Origin: a virus
Virus record (IMG/VR): IMGVR_UViG_3300024261_000015
Location: 18,711 to 82,710 of that record
Strand: one strand, 5' to 3'
Length of the DNA: 64,000 nt
Made by a program: the position numbers and the translations under genes. Within the stretch, counting starts at the first letter, position 1, and the number at the start of each line of letters is the position of its first letter. Shown here piece by piece: positions 29,068 through 37,040 of this stretch. The notes under the pieces are model-generated. The model was not told where the DNA came from and did not search any database. It saw nothing but the letters and a program-made list of their open reading frames with translations.

Positions 29068-30183
29068 ATGATGGCTAAAAAGAAGATATGTTACTCGGTA
29101 TTTGTAGAGGATAAACCCTATTTGCTATGGCAGCTAGAATTGTTCCTGTACTCCTTAACAAAGAGAGCAAAGATAGACCCAAAGGACATATTCCTATTTT
29201 GGGCTTCCCCTGATTACTACACCGAACCTTCAAGACCCGATTATGAAGGACACATTGCTAGTGAGTGGTTACAAGGTATTGTTCAAGCATATCCTGCTAT
29301 GCACCATAGGTATTCACAAAACTTTGGTAGGCAAAATCGTTGTTTCCGTTTCATGGGTAAAGGTAATTGGCACGGAAAACCGTATGCAGGACTCAACAAG
29401 TGGTCAGCATGGATTGAATGGGCGAACGCGGATTGCTTTAAGGAGTGGGACGAAGTTTGGATTTTGGAACAAGACCTTTGGTTCTCAGGTGAAATACCTA
29501 AAGTACCTGACGGGAATGTAGTGTCCTATAACTGGATTCCAGGGCGTAAGAATGCGTTTAAGAAAGCTCACGCTCCTGACCAAGTAGATGAGTTCCAAAC
29601 CTCAAGAGACTTCAAGAAAAACGCTTTCAGGGGACAGAACCTTGAAGACATCATGCGACTAACAGGCATGAACAAGAATAAAATCGCTAAGTGGAAACAA
29701 GGAGCAGTATTATTTAAGTTTAAAGTCCCAGACCTTAGACCCAAGTTGCTTAACGATATTATGAACTTCAATTACCTGCTACTACACCTTATGGAGATTA
29801 AACATCCATTAGGTATGAGACACGAAACTGATATGATTGCACCTAGCCTAGCAATAGCAAATAGTAATTTGGACATAGAATCATTAAGAGATAATAAACT
29901 AAGGACAGACACATGGACACATGATGAAGAGATACCTCAAGATACCATTGTCCATTATGGTTGGAACTTTAAGAACTACCCTCACCTTAATGTTGATTGG
30001 GGTAAAAGTGATTTCGCAGAGTTAGCACCTTGGCAAGAGAAAAGGCAGGACTTAATCAAATACTCTGAAGAAGCTAAGTTTGAATGGACGAGAAACTTCT
30101 TTACTGATATGTTAAGTATTCACATGGAGTTTCCTAACATACTACGAAGATGCACGAAACAGAATCACGAACTAAGAGTATAG
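29068..30183 (+). CDS. putative glycosyltransferase resembling GT95/GT96 peptidyl O-glycosyltransferases
   Basis: YLLWQ, YAGLNKWSAWIEW and WILEQDLWF parallel the Y..WQ / Y..[IL]N[KR]P.....W / [ED].D motifs of HPAT/SERGT; C-terminal IVHY. Confidence 0.5.
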   Translation: MMAKKKICYSVFVEDKPYLLWQLELFLYSLTKRAKIDPKDIFLFWASPDYYTEPSRPDYEGHIASEWLQGIVQAYPAMHHRYSQNFGRQNRCFRFMGKGNWHGKPYAGLNKWSAWIEWANADCFKEWDEVWILEQDLWFSGEIPKVPDGNVVSYNWIPGRKNAFKKAHAPDQVDEFQTSRDFKKNAFRGQNLEDIMRLTGMNKNKIAKWKQGAVLFKFKVPDLRPKLLNDIMNFNYLLLHLMEIKHPLGMRHETDMIAPSLAIANSNLDIESLRDNKLRTDTWTHDEEIPQDTIVHYGWNFKNYPHLNVDWGKSDFAELAPWQEKRQDLIKYSEEAKFEWTRNFFTDMLSIHMEFPNILRRCTKQNHELRV

Positions 30184-30356
30184 AAGATATACTTTCCTAC
30201 TTAGAGGATAGTATAGATACGGATACCACACTTCTTAAATACCCACCCGTAGTTACTGATGGGGGTAAGGACATAACAGAGTGTATAGAGGGTAGATTGT
30301 TAGCTTACCGTGGGGTAAAATCTTTCATAAAGAAAGGAAATTGGGGGGAGGAATAG
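30150..30356 (+). CDS. hypothetical protein
   Basis: last ORF of the plus-strand operon. Confidence 0.45.
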   Translation: MHETESRTKSIEDILSYLEDSIDTDTTLLKYPPVVTDGGKDITECIEGRLLAYRGVKSFIKKGNWGEE

Positions 30357-30693
30357 CATTGTTTGTTCCCTTTTAGTTTGATGTTTATCAGATGGACAGT
30401 CTTAGTATCCCTGTTGTGGGGGTGTTAAGGCTGTTTTTTTGTTTCTTATTTCTTATAAGCTATACCCCTCACTAGGGTATTAAATCTCATTAGTAGCTAA
30501 AAAAACAAGGATTAGTAAGAGTTTGGTGGCATAAGACTTGAATTAGATACGACATACGAGCGATTATTCGATATTTATGGCGCATTACAACCCTACTTTC
30601 ATACTTACAATGCTAGTATTGGTAAAAGTCAAGTCCCAATTTTGGGCTCAGACAGAGAAAGTCAAACTACGCCCCCCCACATAGGGGCGAAGT

Positions 30694-30726
30694 AAAAAAA
30701 AAGAGAGGTAGCATAAGCCACCTCTC
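30694..30726 (-). terminator. intrinsic terminator for minus-strand transcripts
   Basis: GAGAGGTGGC-TTAT-GCTACCTCTC followed by a T run on the minus strand. Confidence 0.75.
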
Positions 30727-31018
30727 ACTAAGAAAAGTCAAACCCCCATTTTAACCCCATGAAATCCCCTCAGAAGGAAAAGTCAAGTGCGTGCGCCTTA
30801 CAGCTCACAGGAGGGGGTTTCTATCTATGCACCCCTTATACAAAAATCACTAAGAAAAGTCAAGTTTGGATTTTTCACACTCGTAAACATGCACGAAACA
30901 CACATTAAACTGGAAGCAAAATCTGCTCGTGGGTCGAACGAGAAAAGTCAAGTGGCAGCTCCAGCGGGCAGCCCCTACGCTAGGGAGGTAACTTGTATCA
31001 CATACAACTATGTAAAGT

Positions 31019-31096
31019 TGGTAGGGGGAATGGGATTCGAACCCATAACCTTTCATATATAAGATGAATGCACTAACCTGATTGTGCTATCCCCCT
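31019..31096 (-). tRNA. tRNA-Ile(TAT)
   Basis: AGGGGGA acceptor; GCAC D-stem; TTCAT-CTTATAT-ATGAA; GGTTCGAATCC; CCA. Confidence 0.92.
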
Positions 31097-31468
31097 ACCG
31101 AAGACTTTAATTTTTATAACCTAATTGTAAGAGAGCGAAAAAGCGTTTAGTTTTTATACGGGCTTGCTTTTCCGCCCTCCAAGAGTACCGATGAGCTGCA
31201 ATAGCCTTTCGATGCTACCATTATACCATGACGCATTTGAATCACCTAATGTTTTAGGTAATAGTGGAAAAAATACCATTACTTTGGGAAATCCGCCAAA
31301 AGAGTATGAAATTTCACCGTGCGTAACCCCTTTAGTACCAAGGACTTAGGTCGATTGGGGCCCCGCGTGCGGGGTCGTGTCAAGTAAGAACCCCCCTACT
31401 AACCACTAGGGCTTTCAGGGGCGCTCTGAGCCTAAACCCTATTTTACCTCGCTCAGACGAGGGGAGGC

Positions 31469-31813
31469 TTACGCCTCCAGACCTATCTCACTAGCAAGGG
31501 TTTCAGCCAGAGCCTTCCGCGTAGAGCGCAAAGCCTCAATTTGGATATTCGCCTCCTTGCGCTTCGTGGTAGCTTCGGAGAGGCGTTCTTGCCACTCCAC
31601 TACCCGTGCCTTGAAGTTCTCAATCTTATCCTCTCCCTCTGAAGCCCAACGGTTGAACTTCAGCATGGATACCTGAACGGCTTTGATTTTCTCATCAAGA
31701 GCCTGAATCTCAGGGGATTCGTTGATTTGCGCTTTGTTCTCCTTGGCGATGAGAGCGGCGAGTTGTGCTTGCGTTTCCGCAATACGGTCAGAGACGGGAC
31801 GATGCTTAGTCAT
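31469..31813 (-). CDS. coiled-coil protein
   Basis: helical heptads; TTGACT-N17-TATAAT promoter at about 31872-31900. Confidence 0.7.
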   Translation of the reverse strand: MTKHRPVSDRIAETQAQLAALIAKENKAQINESPEIQALDEKIKAVQVSMLKFNRWASEGEDKIENFKARVVEWQERLSEATTKRKEANIQIEALRSTRKALAETLASEIGLEA

Positions 31814-32121
31814 AATTTGTTACCTAGTAAAATGTTAGTGAGAGAGGGGGTTGCCCTCGTTGTATGGTATCATTATACCATAAGGAAAGAGAAAGTCAAG
31901 CCCTAAAGTGGGGAAACTTTCAAGAAAAGTCAAGTCCCTGGGTTCACTCCACAGAACCACAGGATATAGGTGGAGAATACCACCGTGAACAGGCAACCGC
32001 CTGCGAGATAGAAAAAGAATTGGGCTCTTTCGAGCGGGTCGTAGTGAGACATATGCTTATTATACTGTAAGAAAAGTCAAAAGTCAAGCCCTATCTGAGG
32101 AAAATGCTCGTCTAGGTTGAG

Positions 32122-32204
32122 TGGAGGAGGTGCGGGGATTCGAACCCCGTTCCACGCAAGTTCCCGCAAGGGGCGTTCCCACGTGTCGATACCAGTACAC
32201 CCCC
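32122..32204 (-). ncRNA. tmRNA-like RNA consisting only of the tRNA-like domain (83 nt)
   Basis: 5' GGGGGTGTACTGGTATCGAC (ssrA-type start, no D stem); G3-U70 pair; CACGTGGG/CTTGCGTG helix; CGGGG-TTCGAAT-CCCCG; CACCTCC-T-CCA. Confidence 0.75.
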
Positions 32205-32212
32205 CGAAGGGT

Positions 32213-32449
32213 CTAGTTCCCTTGCGTTGCCTCGTAAGGTTTACGTTTAGAGCCAGCGTGGTTACCGTAGTGCTTTCCGCAAGCCATAACGGGCAAGCGT
32301 CTACGCACGGAGCGATAAGCATCTAGCGTCCTCAAGGCATAGGCGGGAGTAAACAGCCTGGAATTATGAGCCATCGCAAAATGACTCCCGAGAACGCGGG
32401 AAATGAGGTTGAGAGTGTTGTTTCTGAGAGTGTTGTGATTTTGTTTCAT
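32213..32449 (-). CDS. leaderless basic 78-aa ORF, probably cotranscribed with the mini-tmRNA
   Basis: TTGCGT-N17-TATAAT-N6-ATG. Confidence 0.55.
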   Translation of the reverse strand: MKQNHNTLRNNTLNLISRVLGSHFAMAHNSRLFTPAYALRTLDAYRSVRRRLPVMACGKHYGNHAGSKRKPYEATQGN

Positions 32450-32599
32450 GCTTACATTATACCCGCTCCCGTGCCCAGACGCAAGTACTAAATAAAGAAA
32501 ATGCGTGAAAAAACGTAAGTCGTGTAGTACCAAGGACTTACGACGAATCGGGGCCCCCGCCCCTATTTTATATTTATATTTTGAGGATTTTATTATTAT

Positions 32600-32788
32600 T
32601 CAACCCCTGAATATTTCTTTATCTTCGACCTCTTCAATTGTACATTCTTCCAAACAATCCATGCACCAATAATAATCATCCATCCATAACTTAGCTAAAC
32701 TTTGCGAATTAGGTTTGTTTATCGGGACCATAACGCTTCCTTGTTGGTGAATATCTCTTCCACCGCAATCTGAACATATTGTAATCAT
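32600..32788 (-). CDS. small CxxC...CxxC zinc-finger protein
   Basis: CSDC...CMDC; AAGGAG RBS. Confidence 0.65.
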   Translation of the reverse strand: MITICSDCGGRDIHQQGSVMVPINKPNSQSLAKLWMDDYYWCMDCLEECTIEEVEDKEIFRG

Positions 32789-32807
32789 TTTATCTCCTTT
32801 TATTATT

Positions 32808-33482
32808 TTAGTGGGTTGCAAATCTAACTGTTTTTGTGGTCATCCAGCATAATCCACATGAGGCACAATCTTTGACTTTTCCTGTCTGTTCTGGACAATC
32901 AAAGGACTTGCCCTCAAATGATTCATCGGCGGCATAACTCCAATTTTCTTCGAATGGTCCTTGAGTCGGAACTAATTTTCCATCGTATGCTTTATTCCCC
33001 GAATGACGAATAACGCAACGGTCAGGATATTCATTATTCAGCCTCCAAATAGCGTGTGCAATATTATCTCCCTTGCGAGCGGTATAACCAAACAAGCAAA
33101 GTTTCGAGTGCTTTTCTAGCATCTCTCGCCAGAACTGAATATAATCTACGGAATAAAAATCACCTAGAACATGTAATCGAATGACGATGCCATGTTTATG
33201 TTTCGCGAGCAATGTTTCAATTTCACGCTCCAAAATTATATCTATATTGTGAGGCTTGAATCGGTGCGCGAATGGCATATTATTCCCATAGCAGTCATTC
33301 CAATGGTGACAAGTTGTGGGGCAAGTTGTTCTTTCTTCCAGCGTGAGAGAATATAATCTTTTCCCTTTCCACTTCTTTGAACTAACCACGAACCCTAACT
33401 TTTTATTTCCGCTCCCTTTTTTGAGGGTCTTACCTTCTACGGGTGTGCGGAGCGACTTCTGGAATATGCTTTGTACTTTCAT
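32808..33482 (-). CDS. phage Gp88-like cysteine-rich protein
   Basis: TCPTTC....CY; RLHVLGDF; FGYT; CPEQ.....CASCGLCW. Confidence 0.75.
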   Translation of the reverse strand: MKVQSIFQKSLRTPVEGKTLKKGSGNKKLGFVVSSKKWKGKRLYSLTLEERTTCPTTCHHWNDCYGNNMPFAHRFKPHNIDIILEREIETLLAKHKHGIVIRLHVLGDFYSVDYIQFWREMLEKHSKLCLFGYTARKGDNIAHAIWRLNNEYPDRCVIRHSGNKAYDGKLVPTQGPFEENWSYAADESFEGKSFDCPEQTGKVKDCASCGLCWMTTKTVRFATH

Positions 33483-33775
33483 TCCGCCATTGTAAACTAT
33501 GGGGGGTGCCGTGTCAATAGCCTAGATGGGTAAAATGCGTGAAAATGTGAGAAAAACGTAAGTCGTGCAGTACCAAGGACTTACGACGGCGCGGGGCCCC
33601 GCGCCTGCCATTTTGACAGGGTTTGGGTCACTATGTTCTGCCAAGATGGCAAAAAGCGGAGAAAATCAGCTTTTTAGAACCCCTTTTTTTTGAACATGCG
33701 CTTATGTCAAAATCTACTGTGTTTTGGTAGCACTTTTTCCCGAATTGCACCATATGGTACACACGGGCCTTATTC

Positions 33776-33994
33776 CTAGAAAATAACGGGATGCTCCTCC
33801 AAATATACTAGCTCGCTATGCCATTCAGGGTGATACACTTCCAAAGCATCCCGCGCATCCAAGGGGGTAAGCCCCTCGTTGTACAGGTCAGCAAGAATAT
33901 CTTTCAAGTGAGGACTCTCATCATAATTCATTAGAGACAACTCATTCAGCCACTCACCGAAGGTGGCTTCAAACAAATCAAATTGAGGTTTCAT
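33776..33994 (-). CDS. hypothetical acidic protein
   Basis: TAATG-coupled to upstream peptide gene. Confidence 0.6.
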   Translation of the reverse strand: MKPQFDLFEATFGEWLNELSLMNYDESPHLKDILADLYNEGLTPLDARDALEVYHPEWHSELVYLEEHPVIF

Positions 33995-34110
33995 TAGAGA
34001 GTCCCCGTAAGGGCTTGGATGATGATGCCGAGGGCAGAGCCAAGGCATATGAGGATGAAGCTTCCACCGATGAAGATGGGAAGGTCAAGGTTGTACAGGT
34101 TATTTTTCAT
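33994..34110 (-). CDS. 38-aa membrane peptide (paralog of 35615..35734)
   Basis: MKNNLYNLDLPIFIGGSFILICLGSALGIIIQALTGTL; leaderless start after TAAAAT. Confidence 0.65.
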   Translation of the reverse strand: MKNNLYNLDLPIFIGGSFILICLGSALGIIIQALTGTL

Positions 34111-34240
34111 GTCCCCATTTTAATAAACCATACCCCGAATAGCTAGAACTAAATCGAATAAATTGGCCGTTGTAACCCGTTGCTGTATAAGGACTTACGT
34201 GTTTCGCGGCCCCCGCCAGAATTTTTGTCAAGGTGAAAGG

Positions 34241-34491
34241 TGGAGAGGCTAGAGCGGTGGGGATTACTTTATTACCCACACCAAGAAGCGTATTTGAACG
34301 GCATACGCAGCCTGTAAAACTGTAGTTTGGTTCTTCTTGGCGTTACTTGCGTTTGGGTTCTCTGGCACCTTAGCCCGTCAACGGGGAACAACCCCCTCTC
34401 CCGCACGCATTTATCCGAGGATACCCCCCAGTTATCGGGGGCGTTACCTGACGCTCTCATCGCAAGCCTTGCAAAGCTCGCGATGCTCTCC
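34241..34491 (-). ncRNA. candidate ~250-nt multibranched structured RNA
   Basis: nested stems: 34242-47/34486-91, 34251-56/34452-57, 34257-61/34275-79, 34281-88/34333-40, 34348-57/34400-09, 34425-29/34437-41, hairpin 34458-85. Confidence 0.6.
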
Positions 34492-34557
34492 GTGATTTTG
34501 TTGTGAAAGAGGGGGAGCGTTTATCGCCCGCTCCCCAAGGCGATGAAAAACAACCAG

Positions 34558-34953
34558 TTAGTTGTGCTTGTCGCCCATTGCTTCGCTGAACTCCCGTGCG
34601 GTCATCATCCCCTTCATTCGGTCATCATCGTCTTGGAGTAGCTCGAAACTATCCCGATAGGCTTTGGGCATATCGTAGGAGTTTAGAATACCTCTCCAAT
34701 TTGAAGACCCGCCCGTTTGGATTGCTTCGTGCTGCATTCCAACCAAGCAGTTGATAACGAGTGCATCGTGTACCTCGATAGCGTTATGGTCAAAATCGTC
34801 CTTGATTGAATACCCTTTGAAGAAAGTGGCTTCGATGCATCTCTTCACCTCGTTAGAGGTTTGCATCCCCATGTAGGATAGGCACTCGTTAGACAGCAAA
34901 GCCCTATCGTCTAGCGCGGTGAATGAGCTATGCTGGATAATGGATATGTCCAT
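34558..34953 (-). CDS. hypothetical protein
   Basis: ATG just after the upstream stop; GAGGA RBS. Confidence 0.6.
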   Translation of the reverse strand: MDISIIQHSSFTALDDRALLSNECLSYMGMQTSNEVKRCIEATFFKGYSIKDDFDHNAIEVHDALVINCLVGMQHEAIQTGGSSNWRGILNSYDMPKAYRDSFELLQDDDDRMKGMMTAREFSEAMGDKHN

Positions 34954-34954
34954 G

Positions 34955-35188
34955 CTAGTTATCCTCACCCGCGCCAAACACCTCGTCTTGGCAGGTCTGG
35001 CACATCGCTGAAATGGTGTACTCCTTTTGGGAGAGGGCATCACGGAACTCGGAAGCCTCACCCGAACAGGTGGCGCAAGACCCTTCGGCAACCGCGCCCA
35101 CACGGGAAACGCCCGTAAGATTGGAAAGCATCTGCTCGATGCCTTGGTGCTTGAAGGTAGCTTCAAGAGAGTATTGGTTGTTTTTCAT
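34955..35188 (-). CDS. small zinc-binding phage protein
   Basis: CATC...FRDALSQKEYTISAMCQTCQD; leaderless promoter TTGACT-N17-TATAAT. Confidence 0.75.
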   Translation of the reverse strand: MKNNQYSLEATFKHQGIEQMLSNLTGVSRVGAVAEGSCATCSGEASEFRDALSQKEYTISAMCQTCQDEVFGAGEDN

Positions 35189-35242
35189 GTTTGTATTATA
35201 CCCGATGAGGGTCGTGAAGTCAAGTGTTTTATCGGAAAAAGT

Positions 35243-35371
35243 TTAGTCGCACGGTCCTAACATACCAGACAGCATAGCGACCACTTTGAAGGCGTACAGG
35301 TAAACCACGCAGGACACGGCAGCCGAAGCGCCGATGATGGCGATGGTCCAGTTAGTGTTATTATCTTTCAT
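35243..35371 (-). CDS. 42-aa membrane peptide
   Basis: MKDNNTNWTIAIIGASAAVSCVVYLYAFKVVAMLSGMLGPCD; TTGACA-N17-TATAAT-N6-ATG. Confidence 0.6.
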   Translation of the reverse strand: MKDNNTNWTIAIIGASAAVSCVVYLYAFKVVAMLSGMLGPCD

Positions 35372-35402
35372 GTTTACATTATACCCGATGAGGGCTGAGG
35401 TG

Positions 35403-35618
35403 TCAAGCACCATCTTGGATATTATCTTGAAGAAATTTCATCATCTCCAGCGTGTCCTTGTAGCTCATGGGAGGCATAGGGTCAGGGTTCACATAATGAG
35501 GGTTCGGGTCAAGCCTTCCCCCCGTCATTTTCCACCAATCGTACCAATCCTTTTCATCCCAATAAGCGGTAGGACCAGAGGGCACGGGGAACTTTGCATT
35601 TTCAGGTAGTTTTTTCAT
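35403..35618 (-). CDS. hypothetical Pro/Trp-rich protein
   Basis: ATGA-coupled to upstream peptide gene. Confidence 0.6.
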   Translation of the reverse strand: MKKLPENAKFPVPSGPTAYWDEKDWYDWWKMTGGRLDPNPHYVNPDPMPPMSYKDTLEMMKFLQDNIQDGA

Positions 35619-35734
35619 GAGAGCGTACCAAGAATGGCTTCGATGATGCTAACGACAGCGCCGAAAGCGCAAACGAACATGAAGCCCCCGATGATGAAGA
35701 CGGGAAGGGTTAGGTTGTACTGGATATTTTTCAT
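35615..35734 (-). CDS. 39-aa membrane peptide (paralog of 33994..34110)
   Basis: MKNIQYNLTLPVFIIGGFMFVCAFGAVVSIIEAILGTLS; leaderless promoter. Confidence 0.65.
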   Translation of the reverse strand: MKNIQYNLTLPVFIIGGFMFVCAFGAVVSIIEAILGTLS

Positions 35735-35919
35735 GTTATCATTATACTCGCTGCGTGTAGGGATAGCAAGAACTAAATTGAAGAAATTGGCCGTTGTAAC
35801 CCGTTGCTCTTCAAGGACTTACGACGGCGCGGGGCCCCGCGCCTAAAAAATTGCAAGCATAAAATACGGGGTTGGCGGTTTGTTTCCGTGGTTAGCCGCC
35901 GAACACGTTTTTTATAGCA

Positions 35920-36114
35920 TCACAGCTTGGTCACGGTGAGCGAATCGCGCAGGGTCTTATTATAAAACTCCCCCGTGCTTTCCGCGCCTTCCCATTCCGA
36001 GAACGTCTTACGGTCCATCGGTGCAATGTCGTAGCAATTCCCGTTGGTGAGGGTCATAGTAGCTGAGCTACTGGAGTCGTTATACTGAATAGAGTCAATC
36101 CAAGAACTGGTCAT
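35920..36114 (-). CDS. KTSC-domain protein
   Basis: SSWIDSIQY...NG..Y...AESTGEFYNKTLR. Confidence 0.75.
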   Translation of the reverse strand: MTSSWIDSIQYNDSSSSATMTLTNGNCYDIAPMDRKTFSEWEGAESTGEFYNKTLRDSLTVTKL

Positions 36115-36262
36115 ATCTTTATACCCCTTTGAAGGGTTTGGGTTTACGTCAAAAAGTGTGGAAATCGAGTTTTTCTGACAGGGACTCGAAACCCTACGGA
36201 CGTTCTTGTGTGGGTGCCGTCCGTAACCCTAGCGCGTATTATATCAAAAGGACAACGCCCTG

Positions 36263-36532
36263 TCAACCATAATACCCGTAACTTTCATCCTCTCCCCAGC
36301 CTATCGAGGTAAACGCGCCCTCATCATCGAAACCGTTATCCCCCCCGTTCCGTTCTTGCTCCATCGCCTCTTCCGTGGCAATCATGCCCGTAGCGCATTC
36401 GCAGAAATCCATGTCCCCGTCATCGTCATAGAATGTGCCGCTATCGCAGCAGGTCATGCAATCGGGACGGTCTTCCATTTCAAAGGCGTTGGAAGTAGGG
36501 TAAGCGTGGTCAAAGGTGCTGGGCTTGTTCAT
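36263..36532 (-). CDS. small acidic protein with CxxC motif
   Basis: CMTCCDSG...FCECATG; leaderless promoter. Confidence 0.65.
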   Translation of the reverse strand: MNKPSTFDHAYPTSNAFEMEDRPDCMTCCDSGTFYDDDGDMDFCECATGMIATEEAMEQERNGGDNGFDDEGAFTSIGWGEDESYGYYG

Positions 36533-36576
36533 GTTGTACATTATACGAGGTAAGGGGTTGGATTGCAAGGACTATT

Positions 36577-36804
36577 TCAGTTTTTTTCTTGGGAGTTCAC
36601 GGCGTGCTGCACAGCCATCACGAATCGGTGCGGGTTGAAAGCGTCGCTGCTCCCTTTGCACAGTTCTTGAAATCTGCGAATCACCTGTTCGCCTTGCTTG
36701 CCATCGCTCAAGCCCTCTTCCCATATTTCATTTTTTTCTATGTCGAGGATAATAAGGGCGCAGGTTTCGGCTAAGGCTTGGAAGTGTTGCTTGGTCATTT
36801 TCAT
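36577..36804 (-). CDS. hypothetical phage protein (MTK.HF..LA...FNP.RF family)
   Basis: leaderless promoter; motif typical of small phage proteins. Confidence 0.7.
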   Translation of the reverse strand: MKMTKQHFQALAETCALIILDIEKNEIWEEGLSDGKQGEQVIRRFQELCKGSSDAFNPHRFVMAVQHAVNSQEKN

Positions 36805-36923
36805 GTTGTACATTATACTCGCTGCGTGTAGGGATAGCAAGAACTAAATTGAAGAAATTGGCCGTTGTAACTCGTTGCTGTGTAAGGACTTACGGCGACG
36901 CGGGGCCCGCGCCCCGAATTTTA

Positions 36924-37040
36924 TCAACCCCAATGACCAAAGATTACCCAATATAAAAATGCATAGAATAGGGCTGAAATAGCAAACGAGGAACACACTC
37001 CTAGGAATACGCTTCCATCGCGTTCTCTGGGCTCATGCAT
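36924..37040 (-). CDS. 38-aa membrane peptide
   Basis: GAGGAG RBS; hydrophobic C-terminus. Confidence 0.5.
   Translation of the reverse strand: MHEPRERDGSVFLGVCSSFAISALFYAFLYWVIFGHWG

Larger units (their letters stand above)
30623..32088 (+). repeat. second cluster of about 10 AAAGTCAA motifs (TTGACTTT on minus strand)
   Basis: copies near 30624, 30658, 30732, 30778, 30855, 30943, 31891, 31925, 32072, 32079. Confidence 0.8.

Noticed and set aside
30787-31062. ORFs 30787..31062 (+) and 30850..31056 (-)
   Set aside because: They overlap tRNA-Ile and the repeat cluster; likely spurious.
31188-31212. Hammerhead-like CCGATGAG plus stem in the tRNA-Ile leader
   Set aside because: Core is not CTGATGA and the required GAAA does not follow the stem.
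32077-32326. ORFs 32077..32322 (-) and 32117..32326 (+)
   Set aside because: They overlap the tmRNA-like RNA and lack promoter or RBS support.
34306-34323. tRNA-Tyr-like anticodon arm (GCAG-CCTGTAAAA-CTGT) on the plus strand
   Set aside because: No D arm, T arm or acceptor stem at the right spacing.
34272-34460. 62-aa minus-strand ORF
   Set aside because: No RBS or motif; extensive nested pairing favours an RNA.
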